Part shown: positions 1 through 14,400 of the stretch, piece after piece | How the letters are laid out: each line of letters begins with the position of its first letter | Numbering within the stretch: the stretch's first letter is position 1 | Assembly (NCBI GenBank): GCA_032718475.1 | Contig: JAUCBJ010006375.1 | Location: forward strand, 38,035-102,034 | Origin: Nemertoderma westbladi | Lineage: Eukaryota > Animalia > Xenacoelomorpha | DNA length: 64,000 bases | Reading direction: 5' to 3' | Made by a program: the position numbers and the translations under genes | Notes under the pieces: generated by a model | Database searches by the model: none | Told to the model about the DNA's origin: nothing | What the model saw: only the letters and a program-made list of their open reading frames with translations

Positions 1-748
1 GTTCGTGAGATAGGGTGGACTGTATTCTCTAGGCCACGCATTCGTGAGATAGGGCAGATGGTCACCTCTAGGCCACGTGTTCGTGAGATAGGGTGGACTG
101 TCACCTCTAGGCCACGTGTTCGTGAGATAGGGTAGATGGTCACCTCTAGGCCACGTGTTCGTGAGATAGGGTGGATGGTCACCTTGTTCGTGAGATAGGG
201 TGGACGGTCACCTCTAGGCCACACATGTTCGTGAGATATGGTGGATGGTCACCTTGTTCGTGAGATGGGGTGGTCTGTCAACTCTAGGCCACGTGTTCGT
301 GAGATAGGGTAGATGGTCACCTTGTTCGTGAGATAGGGTGGACTGTCACCTCTAGGCCACGTGTTCGTGAGATAGGGTGGACTGTCACCTCTAGGCCACG
401 TGTTCGTGAGATAGGGTAGATGGTCACCTCTAGGCCACGTGTTCGTGAGATAGGGTGAACTGTCACCTCTAGGCCACGTGTTCGTGAGATAGGGTGCATG
501 GTCACCTCTAGGCCACGTGTTCGAGAGATAGGGTGGATGGTCACCTTGTTCGTGAGATAGGGTGGTCTGTCACCTCTAGGCCACGTGTTCGTGAGATAGG
601 GTGGACTGTCACCTCTAGGCCACGTGTTCGTGAGATAGGGTAGATGGTCACCTCTAGGCCACGTGTTCGTGAGATAGGGTGGATGGTCACCTTGTTCGTG
701 AGATAGGGTGGTCTGTCACCTCTGCCACGTGTTCGTGAGATAGGGTGA
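1..748. repeat. Minisatellite, 39-bp unit GTTCGTGAGATAGGGTGGATGGTCACCTCTAGGCCACGT with shorter deletion variants; runs off the window start
   Basis: Direct reading of tandem units. Confidence 0.95.
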
Positions 749-1555
749 ATGAATTTCACACCAGCTAAGCTCCGTTCAACCAGATCGACATTTCTGTCAA
801 GTTTGTTACGAGACTTTGTCATCCTTCACTATGCCGATAGAATTCGGGATTTATAACATAGCTAATCGCCATCTGTAGTTGTGTTGTGTTGTGTTGCGTT
901 GCAACCCGAGGTGGTCAACAATAAATCGTAATGTTGTATATAGTTGCTAAGATAATAATCATACGAACAAATCGCGGAATATTGTCGAATCATTCTCATG
1001 CGATGGTCCAACTACATCGACTGCAGATCAATTAGGCACCTATCAGCGAATATTGCCTAACTTTCCGCAAACTAAATGCACTAGAAAGGAACTACACAGG
1101 CAGCTTTGTAGCTCCCAAACTCCACCACCTGTTCTGTTCAACGTTGAACAATGCGGGTACAGAGAGAGCATCAATGGCTTAATATTTGTGTCGTTTGCGA
1201 AAAATAATTGGTTATACTAAACAATATGTGACAGGAATGTAAGTTGATTTTCTCAGTTTCACTTGGCTATTTTAGATAACGAGAATAATACGAAATAAAA
1301 ATGGATAAGAGTACAAACTTGAATTACTCGAATTTCATGATGGCTGATAGTCACATGAAAAACTCTGAAGTAATACAATTTACACAGCTTATTCTATTCT
1401 ACTATAAGGATCCCGAAGGAAAGCGCATAACTCAGGATGTCTGTCTGTCGTTCTTCTCTGTAGAACAAAAAGTATGACATAGGGAAATACGGAACAATAT
1501 TACACAAAATATCATCTTTATTTATAAAGCTTTCTGTTTGTAACTTCTATAAAAT

Positions 1556-1810
1556 GAGACGGGGGGGGGGGGGGGGGGGGAACTGGACGCAAAACCCGCC
1601 TTGGCGAAATAATATCCCGCCTCAATGTTAAATTCTCAATTTAGGGAAAGGAGCAGGTTACAGTGGAACGTTATCTTAACCAAAATAATAAACTCAACAC
1701 ATTAGAACAGGTTACAGTTTTATTTTTGGTCGTAAACAGCAGTTATTTGCGTCCAATTTCACCTGGAGAGGGATGAATTTTTATTGAGTCCAGTTTCCCC
1801 CCTTATCTGA
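1556..1810. mobile_element. ~250-bp MITE, poly-G/poly-C-containing termini (copy 1)
   Basis: G-run-AACTGGACGCAA ... TTGAGTCCAGTTTCCCCCC inverted ends; homologous copies at 38252-38540 and, inverted and interrupted, at 46836-47240. Confidence 0.7.
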
Positions 1811-1924
1811 TAAAAATGGAGTATGTATAGTTTCGTAAACACATTTTATTCGACAAAATATGGCACTTTTCGTGCAGGCGGTTTTTTCTGAAATTGTATA
1901 TATTTGCAGTCTTTTATATGTAAA

Positions 1925-2080
1925 ATATCCCATGTAGAAGGATCAGTACTTACCAGCTGGGATGAAGTTCTCGGTCCAAGATTTTGGCGCAATGGACCTA
2001 GGTATAAAGGCGATCTTTTATGAAAATTTCAGCATAAAATTATTGCTTTTGAATAATTTATGGGGACTTTAGTATGTTCT
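1925..2080. repeat. Dispersed repeat D; inverted diverged copy at ~16850-16970
   Basis: CATGTAGAAG..GAAGTTCTCGGTCCA..TTTCAGCATAAAATTATT..ATTTATGGGG versus its reverse complement at 16850-16970. Confidence 0.7.
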
Positions 2081-3123
2081 GACTATATATTTTGGGAACA
2101 ATATAATTTGAAATTGACAAAGGGTAGAAGATACAAAAGCGGTTCTAGAACATCCAAATGGCCATGTTTTACAAAAAGTTGTAAGGAATTTGGTGAATAG
2201 AAATGTCAAAATCGACAAACTGAGAAAAGGGTTGTTTTATACAGAGTCATGAATATAAGCCATAAAGAATGTTGTTCTTGTTTACACAAATATTACGCGC
2301 GCAATATTTTTTATTTTTCATATTTAATCGATGAAAATATTGAAATTTGCCAAAAATACGGAAAAAATATCAATAATTTTTAATATAAAAAAAGTAAAAA
2401 AAAAAAGAAATTTTAAAATTTCGAAAAGAGAAGTTTTGTGGCGAAAGAATAGAGAATCTTGCGATAAAGAATCGCTAGAGAATCTTGCTTACTCACTAAG
2501 CTCTCTACTTCGCTCTCTACTTCGCCCCTGTAATAAACAACTCGGATTAGCACACAAGTATCAATATATTAGTTATTCCAACACCAACAAGTATATTATA
2601 ATATGTATACAGCACTAGTTCGAGTACCTTACACAATTTTCGCTATTTGACAAAGTTTACTTCATATAAGATAGAAAAATGACAAACATCAATCAACTGC
2701 TATTTATAGTTAGGAGCCCGCTTGACAGCGGGATACAAAAATCTCTGGGATACTTGCTGTAAAAATCTCAAGATATCTGACACTGACTGACTGACTGACT
2801 GACTGATAATTATCCAGGTTCAGGCACTTCCTGCCTTGCGATTTTGATGAAATTTTGCAAGTACATTGCTTTGGTGGTTCATAATCGCGTTACAAAATTT
2901 CAGATCGATTCTATGTGTGGTATTCGATATATTTAGTTTTTCGACATTATTTTGTCGCGAAATTAAAAGCAATTGTAAAATAACAGCTGGTGTTAATGAT
3001 GAAATATGGCTTACACGTAAAACGTGTTGGTTGCCAAGTTTTACTAGTAGGCTATAAGGAAAGACAATGTTTACTCACACATAAGCTGTTGGTTTCTAAT
3101 GTATTACCCCATAAGCTGATTGC

Positions 3124-3391
3124 TCTCCCAGTGCTTCCTAAGGGTATATCTACAATAAGGTTACTCACTCTGCTATGTTAGGGGGTGGATCAGGAGAATT
3201 AATTTTAGTTACACAAAGCAGTGTGTTGTGTCCTATTGCAGTTGTTACTCACTGTGGATTGCAAAATGTTTTATAGTTGACCTACAGTATAATACAGTAG
3301 TTGCATGTATTTAAGGAGCCCGCTCTGGCCTACAGCCTAACTTAGCAGGAGTACCTATATTGCATATTCACATAGGATTCACTGGGAAGAG
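3124..3391. mobile_element. Small MITE-like element with CTCT(T)CCCAGTG..CCTA termini
   Basis: Left CTCTCCCAGTGCTTCCTA, right CATAGGATTCACTGGGAAGAG; same ends and internal GGTTACTCAC..TGCTATGTTAG recur at 21055-21180 and 32478-32545. Confidence 0.55.
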
Positions 3392-4140
3392 AAATTCCGC
3401 TTGACGACGGGGTAATACCTATAGAAGGAAACTAAATTTGTTATTTGGCTCTATTCGTTGTTATTTATCTGGTTGTGCATCATGGGCATTTTTTATAAAT
3501 ATTCGGTAATCATATCTTATATCTTGTAAACGTGCTTGGTAATGAAATTATTTGCTTCATATTATATTTTTGTTAGTGGTAGCTAAGTTGCATTTTTTAT
3601 TATGTGGGGCGAGCCATAAAGTCAGCTAGCCTCACGCCTTGCAGTTTAGACAATTGTTTAGTTTACTTACTGCTGACTGACATAGTTCTTCGTAATAGTC
3701 TTGGCTAGGATTCTGCCCCCGGACTCCTTCCAGCCAGCTTGCTGGCTTTCTAGTATAAATATTAAACTTTTGGAAAACTAAATAACAATACATTATTAGC
3801 GGAAAACAGCAAGTATTCAATTTCAGTTCTCGGGAAAAATAAAGTTTTGTCACGAGATTGTTAAACGAGAAGAAACTGACTCATGTGGGGAGGTCTGCGG
3901 TCCTACTACACAATGAATGAATGACGAACTGAGTACCGTACAGTCACAGTGCATGTGAGGGAATAATGAAAGTAGATGATAGATGTAAACCACACAACAG
4001 CCATGGTTTGGCTGACACCCTGCTGGTATTGGCTACAGTTTGCGCCCTCATCAACCATCGTAGCTATGGTAGCAGATGTTGAGCGCTTTCTATTTAATTC
4101 AATAATCATTTATAGTAAGAGTTGAGACAAATTGTTGTTG

Positions 4141-4365
4141 TTGCGCACTGCTTAGGGAAAACGACAGCATGGTTGCGCACTGCTTAGGGAACACGACAGC
4201 ATGGTTGCGCACTGCTTAGGGAACACGACAGCATGGTTGCGCACTGCTTAGGGAACACGACAGCATGGTTGCGCACTGCTTAGGGAACACGACAGCATGG
4301 TTGCGCACTGCTTAGGGAACGCGACAGCATGGTTGCGCACTGCTTAGGGAACGCGACAGCATGGT
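4141..4365. repeat. 32-bp tandem repeat x7 (TTGCGCACTGCTTAGGGAACACGACAGCATGG)
   Basis: Direct reading. Confidence 0.95.
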
Positions 4366-4924
4366 GGACAGCCTAAACTTTCATGAGACGCCTAATAAAG
4401 GACACTGGCCTTGAAGATGGGGATAATCTTGCTAATGTAATGGGTGGTAGGGAGTTGTGGCGGCGCAATTTTGTAGAAACAGTATTCTTTATATACATAT
4501 ATTTTAAGCATTAATGCAGCTGCCATGCAGCATGCCGATAGTAGTAGTATAAACAATATTACAGGGAATATGTTCTTGTTCCTCGGATTAAATAACCGGA
4601 AAAATAATACAATTTCTGCCATGGTAATAAATTTAGGGAAATTCTTTATTACCGGATTTCTCCCGCAATGCACCAGAGTTGCAATCGGGTGAAACGGAAA
4701 GTTAATATAAGCGGTGTTCAGTAACTATAGAAACACAATTAAGTGACAGATTATAAAATTACAAATTATTTAATAATTATAATTTCTAGCTAAAGACGTT
4801 GCAGCCCCAGACCTTCTGGCCTAGTATCACTGGCAATACCAATTGTAATGCAACGTAAAAAACGTAATTCACAGGCACCTTGTGCAAACAATTAAGTTTT
4901 GTATTTATGCGTTTGGAGTTCTGG

Positions 4925-6795
4925 CCGCGGCTATATTTTGTTCTTATAGTCCCCCCCGTGCTGCCGTGGCTACATTTTGTTCATATAGTTCATTCCGCCC
5001 GTGGCTACATTTTGTTCTTATAGTTCCGCCCGTGGCTACATGTTGTTCTTATAGTTCCGCCCATGGCTACATTTTGTTCTTATAGTTCCGCCCGTGGCTA
5101 GATTTCGTACTTATAGTTCCGCCCGTGGCTACATTTTGTTCTTATAGTCCCCCCCGTGGTTACATTTTGTTCTTTAGTTCCGCCCGTGGCTACATTTTGT
5201 TCTTATAGTCCCCCCCGTGGCTACATTTTGTTCTTATAGTTCCGCCCGTGGCTAGATTTTGTACTTATAGTTCCGCCCGTGGCTACATTTTGTTCTTATA
5301 GTTCCGCCCATGGCTACATTTTGTTCTTATAGTTCCGCCCGTGGCTAGATTTCGTACTTATAGTTCCGCCCGTGGCTACATTTTGTTCTTATAGTCCCCC
5401 CCCCCCCCCGTGGTTACATTTTGTTCTTTAGTTCCGCCCGTGGCTACATTTTGTTCTTATAGTTCCGCCAATGGCTACATTTTGTTCTTATAGTTCCGCC
5501 CGTGGCTAGATTTCGTACTTATAGTTCCGCCCGTGGCTACATTTTGTTCTTATAGTTCCGCCCGTAGCTACATTTTGTTCTTATAGTTCCACCCGTGGCT
5601 ACATTTTGTTCTTTAGTTCCGCCCGTGGCTACATTTTGTTCTTATAGTCCCCCCCGTGGCTACATTTTGTTCTTATAGTTCCGCCCGTGGCTAGATTTTG
5701 TACTTATAGTTCCGCCCGTGGCTACCTTTTGTTCTTATAGTCCCCCCCGTGGCTACATTTTGTTCTTATAGTTCCGCCCGTGCCTAGATTTTGTTCTTAT
5801 AGTTCCGCCCGTGGCTACATTTTGTTCTTATAGTCCCCCCCGTGGCTACATTTTGTTCTTTAGTTCCGCCCGTGGCTACATTTTGTTCTTATAGTCCCCC
5901 CCGTGGCTACATTTTGTTCTTATAGTTCCGCCCGTGCCTAGATTTTATTCTTATAGTTCCGCCCGTGGCTAGATTTTGTACTTATAGTTCCGCCCGTGGC
6001 TACATTTTGTTCTTATAGTTCCGCCCGTGGCTAGATTTTGTACTTATAGTTCCGCCCGTGGCTACATGTTGTTCTTATAGTCCCCCCCGTGCTGCCGTGG
6101 CTACATTTTGTTCTTATAGTTCCGCCCGTGGCTACATTTTGTTCTTATAGTTCCGCCCGTGGCTACATGTTGTTCTTATAGTTCCGCTCGTGGGTACATT
6201 TTGTTCTTATAGTTCCGCCCGTGGCTAGATTTCGTACTTATAGTTCCGCCCGTGGCTAGATTTTGTACTTATAGTTCCGCCCGTGGCTACATTTTGATCT
6301 TATAGTTCCGGCCGTGGCTAGATTTCGTACTTATAGTTCCGCCCGTGGCTACATTTTGTTCTTATAGTCCCCCCCGTGGTTACATTTTGTTCTTTAGTTC
6401 CGCCCGTGGCTGCATTTTGTTCTTATAGTTCCACCCGTGGCTACATTTTGTTCTTATAGTTCCGCCCGTGGCTAGATTTTGTACTTATAGTTCCGCCCGT
6501 GGCTACATTTTGTTCTTATAGTTCCGCCCGTGGCTAGATTTTGTACTTATAGTTCCGCCCGTGGCTACATTTTGTTCTTATAGTCCCCCCCGTGGTTACA
6601 TTTTGTTCTTATAGTTCCGCCCCTGCCTAGATTTTATTCTTATAGCTCCGCCCGTGGCTACATGTTGTTCTTATAGTTCCGCCCGTGGCTACATTTTGTT
6701 CATATAGTTCCGCCCGTGGCTAGATTTTGTTCTTATAGTTCCCCCTTGGCTAGATTTTGTTCTTATAGTTCCGCCCGTGGCTACATTTTGTTCTG
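4925..6795. repeat. 31-bp satellite (CCGTGGCTACATTTTGTTCTTATAGTTCCGC), ~60 copies
   Basis: Direct reading. Confidence 0.96.
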
Positions 6796-7124
6796 GTACT
6801 AGTGTGTTTTGTACACACCCACCCCACCCAAATTATTCATACTAACTAGTTTTTATTACTTTTTTTTAATGTTCTAGAACATATTTTCTATTCATTTTTT
6901 ATTAATTTTGTTCTAGAACAAGTAGTTATATTTTAATATAAAATTAAAAAAACATTTTTTTAATTTGAAAAAGTACTAGCTAGGTAATAAAAAAAATACT
7001 AGCTTGATATTTAAAAAAACACTAGCTACCATTAAAAAAACATCTGCTAATGTTCCAGAACATTCACCAATATAAAATAATGACAAAGAAATCCTGCAAA
7101 TTTGCTGTATAGGCCTACATACAA

Positions 7125-10100
7125 ATACTAGTACCGGTTATACATACTATACTAGTACCGGTTATACATACTATACTAGTACCGGTTATACATACTATAC
7201 TAGTACCGGTTATACATACTATACTAGTACCGGTTATACATACTATACTAGTACCGGTTATACATACTATACTAGTACCGGTTATACATACTATAGTAGT
7301 ACCGGTTATACATACTATACTAGTACCGGTTATACATACTATACTAGTACCGGTTATACATACTATAGTAGTACCGGTTATACATACTATACTAGTACCG
7401 GTTATACATACTATACTAGTACCGGTTATACATACTATACTAGTACCGGTTATACATACTATACTAGTACCGGTTATACATACTATAGTAGTACCGGTTA
7501 TACATACTATACTAGTACCGGTTATACATACTATACTAGTACCGGTTATACATACTATAGTAGTACCGGTTATACATACTATACTAGTACCGGTTATACA
7601 TAATATACTAGTACCGGTTATACATACTATACTAGTACCGGTTATACATACTATACTAGTACCGGTTATACATACTATACTAGTACCGGTTATACATACT
7701 ATACTAGTACCGGTTATACATACTATACTAGTACCGGTTATACATACTATACTAGTACCGGTTATACATACTATACTAGTACCGGTTATACATACTATAC
7801 TAGTACCGGTTATACATACTATACTAGTACCGGTTATACATACTATACTAGTACCGGTTATACATACTATACTAGTACCGGTTATACATACTATACTAGT
7901 ACCGGTTATACATACTATACTAGTACCGGTTATACATACTATACTAGTACCGGTTATACATACTATACTAGTACCGGTTATACATACTATACTAGTACCG
8001 GTTATACATACTATACTAGTACCGGTTATACATACTATACTAGTACCGGTTATACATACTATAGTAGTACCGGTTATACATACTATACTAGTACCGGTTA
8101 TACATACTATACTAGTACCGGTTATACATACTATACTAGTACCGGTTATACATACTATACTAGTACCGGTTATACATACTATACTAGTACCGGTTATACA
8201 TACTATACTAGTACCGGTTATACATACTATACTAGTACCGGTTATACATACTATACTAGTACCGGTTATACATACTATACTAGTACCGGTTATACATACT
8301 ATACTAGTACCGGTTATACATACTATACTAGTACCGGTTATACATACTATACTAGTACCGGTTATACATACTATACTAGTACCGGTTATACATACTATAC
8401 TAGTACCGGTTATACATACTATACTAGTACCGGTTATACATACTATACTAGTACCGGTTATACATACTATACTAGTACCGGTTATACATACTATACTAGT
8501 ACCGGTTATACATACTATACTAGTACCGGTTATACATACTATACTAGTACCGGTTATACATACTATACTAGTACCGGTTATACATACTATACTAGTACCG
8601 GTTATACATACTATACTAGTACCGGTTATACATACTATACTAGTACCGGTTATACATACTATACTAGTACCGGTTATACATACTATACTAGTACCGGTTA
8701 TACATACTATACTAGTACCGGTTATACATACTATAGTAGTACCGGTTATACATACTATACTAGTACCGGTTATACATACTATACTAGTACCGGTTATACA
8801 TACTATAGTAGTACCGGTTATACATACTATACTAGTACCGGTTATACATACTATACTAGTACCGGTTATACATACTATACTAGTACCGGTTATACATACT
8901 ATACTAGTACCGGTTATACATACTATAGTAGTACCGGTTATACATACTATACTAGTACCGGTTATACATACTATACTAGTACCGGTTATACATACTATAG
9001 TAGTACCGGTTATACATACTATACTAGTACCGGTTATACATACTATACTAGTACCGGTTATACATACTATACTAGTACCGGTTATACATACTATACTAGT
9101 ACCGGTTATACATACTATACTAGTACCGGTTATACATACTATACTAGTACCGGTTATACATACTATACTAGTACCGTTTATACATACTATACTAGTACCG
9201 GTTATACATACTATACTAGTACCGGTTATACATACTATACTAGTACCGGTTATACATACTATACTAGTACCGGTTATACATACTATAGTAGTACCGGTTA
9301 TACATACTATACTAGTACCGGTTATACATACTATACTAGTACCGGTTATACATACTATACTAGTACCGGTTATACATACTATACTAGTACCGGTTATACA
9401 TACTATACTAGTACCGGTTATACATACTATAGTAGTACCGGTTATACATACTATAGTAGTACCGGTTATACATACTATAGTAGTACCGGTTATACATACT
9501 ATACTAGCACCGGTTATACATACTATACTAGTACCGGTACCGGTTATACATACTATACTAGCACCGGTTATACATACTATACTAGTACCGGTACCGGTTA
9601 TACATACTATAGTAGTACCGGTTATACATACTATACTAGCACCGGTTATACATACTATACTAGTACCGGTACCGGTTATACATACTATACTAGCACCGGT
9701 TATACATACTATACTAGTACCGGTACCGGTTATACATACTATACTAGTACCGGTTATACATACTATACTAGTACCGGTTATACATACTATACTAGTACCG
9801 GTTATACATACTATACTAGTACCGGTTATACATACTATACTAGTACCGGTTATACATACTATACTAGTACCGGTTATACATACTATACTAGTACCGGTTA
9901 TACATACTATACTAGTACCGGTTATACATACTATACTAGTACCGGTTATACATACTATACTAGTACCGGTTATACATACTATACTAGTACCGGTTATACA
10001 TACTATACTAGTACCGGTTATACATACTATACTAGTACCGGTTATACATACTATACTAGTACAGGTTATACATACTATACTAGTACCGGTTATACATACT

Positions 10101-10497
10101 ATACTAGTACCGGTTATACATACTATACTAGTACCGGTTATACATACTATAGTAGTACCGGTTATACATACTATACTAGCACCGGTTATACATACTATAC
10201 TAGTACCGGTTATACATACTATACTAGTACCGGTTATACATACTATACTAGTACCGGTTATACATACTATACTAGTACCGGTTATACATACTATACTAGT
10301 ACCGGTTATACATACTATACTAGTACCGGTTATACATACTATACTAGTACCGGTTATACATACTATACTAGTACCGGTTATACATACTATACTAGTACCG
10401 GTTATACATACTATACTAGTACCGGTTATACATACTATACTAGTACCGGTTATACATACTATACTAGTACCGGTTATACATACTATACTAGTACCGT
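7125..10497. repeat. 24-bp satellite (TACTAGTACCGGTTATACATACTA), ~140 nearly identical copies
   Basis: Direct reading; variants TAG/TAC, AGC and a GTACC duplication near 9535-9725. Confidence 0.98.
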
Positions 10498-11456
10498 TCC
10501 GCCCATTTAAAAAAGTTTTATTTGAGTCTTTGATTTTGGATTATCTGTTATGTTCTCATTGATCAAAATATTGAACATTATTACATATTAGTGGCTACTG
10601 TAATTGTTATTTAATCTGCTGTAGCTAGTGTTTTTAATGTGAGCTATTTTTTTTTGGTAGATTGTACTGTAGCGAGTGTTTTAAAAAAAACTTTCACATT
10701 TTTATTTTTTGGTGTTATGTTATTGATGTTAATGTTTAAGTAACACTGAAAATATTTTTTTAGAGTATTAGCTAATCTGATAGCTGTAATTAAAAAAATA
10801 ATAAATTAAAAAATAGTAGCTAGAAATAGTTATGTATTCCTCACCACTAGTTCCGTACTCCTCCCCACTAGCTACCATAAATAATATTTTTTTTTGCAGC
10901 GGGATGTTTTAGAACATTAAAAAAACTAGCTTGTATAAAAATTATTCTAGAACAAAAAATATTTGTTCTAGAACATAAATTTTTATTTTAATCAATAACT
11001 GACATGTTCTAGAACATTTGAAATTACAAAAGTGAAAACACAAGCAACACAACAATAAAAGCACAGTTAAAAATCCAAAAATGTAGCCACGGCGGAAATG
11101 ACCCCATTTTTGCCACTTGGGAACTTGGTGCAAAATAAATTAGTAGAAAAAAAGTTTATTAAAATTTATTTATATGTAAAAACAATAACAAATACACCAA
11201 ACACTGTATACAGGTATTGTCCAACAGAACATATACGATTACCCGTAAAGCTTTGTAACATATTTAAAAACAGGCGTCCAATAATAATATAAATTAAAAA
11301 TTACAAGAAATTATATTAATATCCAGGGTGCGGTTAACACAGGCCATTGGGGTTGGGGTGTTAATTAATAAATCAACTAACTTAGAAATCGGTTTATATT
11401 TTATGACGATAAATTTATACTGAAATCAGGAAACATTCGCAAATAAACAGTCTAGA

Positions 11457-14400
11457 ATGCATATATCTAGCGATATAGACATTCGTGCGCCAGAAGAGAA
11501 ATACAAAGGAGCTTTTACCAACTTCATGTCTGAAGCGAAAAGTCTACATGCGAAGCATCAGTACAGAAAGTCCATAGAGTATTACACAATAGCGTTGGAG
11601 ATCAGACCAGGTGACAGATCAGCACACTTAGCACGATCTAAAAGCCAAGAAATGTTGGGAAACTTGGACAAGGCATTACAGGTTGCTAAACTTAACACTC
11701 ACCCCTACCTCACTACTACTATGATAGGCATGCTGCATTATATATATATATTACATATATACACCATGTCCCGTAATATAGTGTCATTTTCTGATGATAC
11801 GGACCCCCCCCCCCCCCAGATTTTTCTACAAATCGTTATCATATTGCTTGAAATTTGAAACACAACTAGTTCCACTCACTGTCGATGACCCCATGAAGCC
11901 GGAATTTTCGATTTTGCCTTTAAATTTTGTTTATAAGCGTTTTAAAAAAGTTTTCCTGTTTCGAGGGTATACAGGAACTGTTTCTGCAGCTGCTAACTTA
12001 ACTGCTTCTGTGAAGGCAGTATAGATTAAACACTCTACCCACTGCTTCTGTGAAGGCAGTATAGATTAAACACTCTACCCACTGCTTCTGTGAAGGCAGT
12101 ATAGATTAAACACTCTACCCACTGCTTCTGTGAAGGCAGTATAGATTAAACACTCTACCCACTGCTTCTGTGAAGGCAGTATAGATTAAACACTCTACCC
12201 ACTGCTTCTGTGAAGGCAGTATAGATTAAACACTCTACCCACTGTTTCGCTTTCATTACATTGTTAAACTCCGCTCCGCTCCTGTATCAGCTATAGTTTT
12301 CAATAATTTTATGTTTGTTGTAGTAATTACTTTAAAATCCTTGGCTATGACTAGTTTACTAACAGCCATTACATTTAAGGGGGGGGGGGGGGGGGGGGGT
12401 ACACCCCCCCCCTCAGGTCAAAATTTTCTTTTTTTTTGTTTTTTTTATTTCATCTAGAGTATAATTTAATGCGGATTTCAAATCTGGAAACGGCTTAGCG
12501 AGATCTCCTTTACTTCTCGAGTAATGGCTGGTTTTCCGTCTGTATGTCTGTCTGTCTGTCCATCGAAATATTAAAAAGGGCATAAAATAAGCAATCTGAA
12601 ATATTTGCTGTTAGGATTTTTCTTAATGTCGATGTCAGTTTTCATATTTGGAATTATCTAATCACTATGTCTGTATCTCAATCTGTCTCTCAGTTTGTCT
12701 GTCTGTTTGTATGTCTGTCTGTCTGTCAACATGTCCGTCAAATTTTAATTAATATATATTTAATAGATATTTGTATTACATATTGAACAGTTGTCTAATG
12801 GACTTGTTGTCTACTAGTAAAAACAAATGTGAACCATCATATAACAATAGCTAGTAATAATAATTCTGGGAAACAAACATAAACTTCTGTTTTTTTTAAA
12901 TTCCGCAGGCTCTGAGAATAATTCACGTGCTGCGCGAAGTCTTCATGTGCTGCATGAACTTTTCATGTGCCGTGTGAAGGCTTCTCATTCTGATCAAAAT
13001 AAAAAGCTTTCCGAGATGCTCGATTAATTAACGTGCTTTGTAAAGAATTTAAGTGCTACGTGAAACCTTCACCTGCTGCGCAAATGTCTCACGTGCTGCG
13101 CGAAGGTTTCACGTGCTGCGCAAAGCTTAATGTTCTGTGTAAAGACTTATTATAAAATTATGTGGAAATCTTTATATAATTTTGAATGTTTCTTAAGGTT
13201 ATCTCATTATTTCATGACTATTTATTATTACTAAATGACGAAATAGTATGCGATCAAATTACGAATTTCTGTGTATATTATTGCTTATTATATTTAGGCC
13301 TAATTGTATTTGTTAATTCTTTGTGCTAGTATTTACTCTGTTGTACATGTTTCTTACTATATAAACATTGTATGAAAATAATAATAATAATACGCCAAAA
13401 TGAAATTTGTTCACGTGCTGCGCGAAGTGTTTTTTGGCAAGCACTCTAAAATTATTTTAACAGGTTGTTAAAAGTGGGTAGCGGTTTTTTTGAACCAAAT
13501 TTCATGAAATCCATTGAAAAATCACAAAATGGGAAAAGAAAAGGAGATACCAGTACTGAAAATAGCGGAAACATTTGAAATATATTGTTTTTAAACTTTA
13601 AAGGCGTTTATCTCTGAATTGTATTTTTCACATTCAAAATACTACTACTCAGCCATTTCTTAACCAATTTTCGAAATTTTTTTTTGTTTGATTTCTATTT
13701 GGGTTTTGATCAAAAGTTAATCGGTTAGAATTTTGAATTGTGCCATATTAATTTCTTTAAATCAGTTAATATCTATTAAGTAATAATTAATATTATTTAA
13801 TAATATTTAAAAAATATTTAAGACCTAGATAAAAAATGTAACCGATAAGTTTTGTGGAGCCGAGGATGCTGATTCAGAAAAACCAAGTTTCGAAAATTTT
13901 CGCCCAAAATTGTGAGACTAGTAGTGTTTTTATTGAAATTAACAATTTCGCTGGTGGCCGCTAGAGGGCGACGCAAATTTGCATTTTTTCTTTGAACCCA
14001 ATCTTTGGCCATATGTTAATCCCCCGAAAGGTATAAAATATACAAAACTACACACAAGCAGAAATTATAGCCATTTGCAAAAAAGGTCCATAGGGGGGTG
14101 TACCCCCCCCCCCCCCCCCCCCCCCTTAATAATGGATACACGGGTGCATGGATAATTAACGTAATGTATAATACATATGTATATAAACATACATGTTAAT
14201 GGTTATTAAGTTAAAAGGATCATTAATGACTAGCTAACATACAATTAATATCGACTAATGTGGCTTAACATTCAACAGCAAAACACAAACAAAAGCCGAA
14301 TTTGTAAAAAAAAGTACTCATTGTCACTAATTTAATAACCTAAATTACGATATTCTGCCCTCGTGTATTGAGTTTTGCATGAGTTGTCAGGTTTTTTTTT

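Noticed and set aside
317-822. ORFs with HPISRTRGLEVT repeats
   Set aside because: 39-bp minisatellite translation
950-1220. ~90-codon open plus-strand frame without a start; also checked as a possible last ARMH3 exon on the minus strand
   Set aside because: No recognisable homology on either strand
4141-4365. 32-bp (and 38-44-bp) repeats of CRISPR-like length
   Set aside because: Head-to-tail with no unique spacers, no cas genes, eukaryotic context
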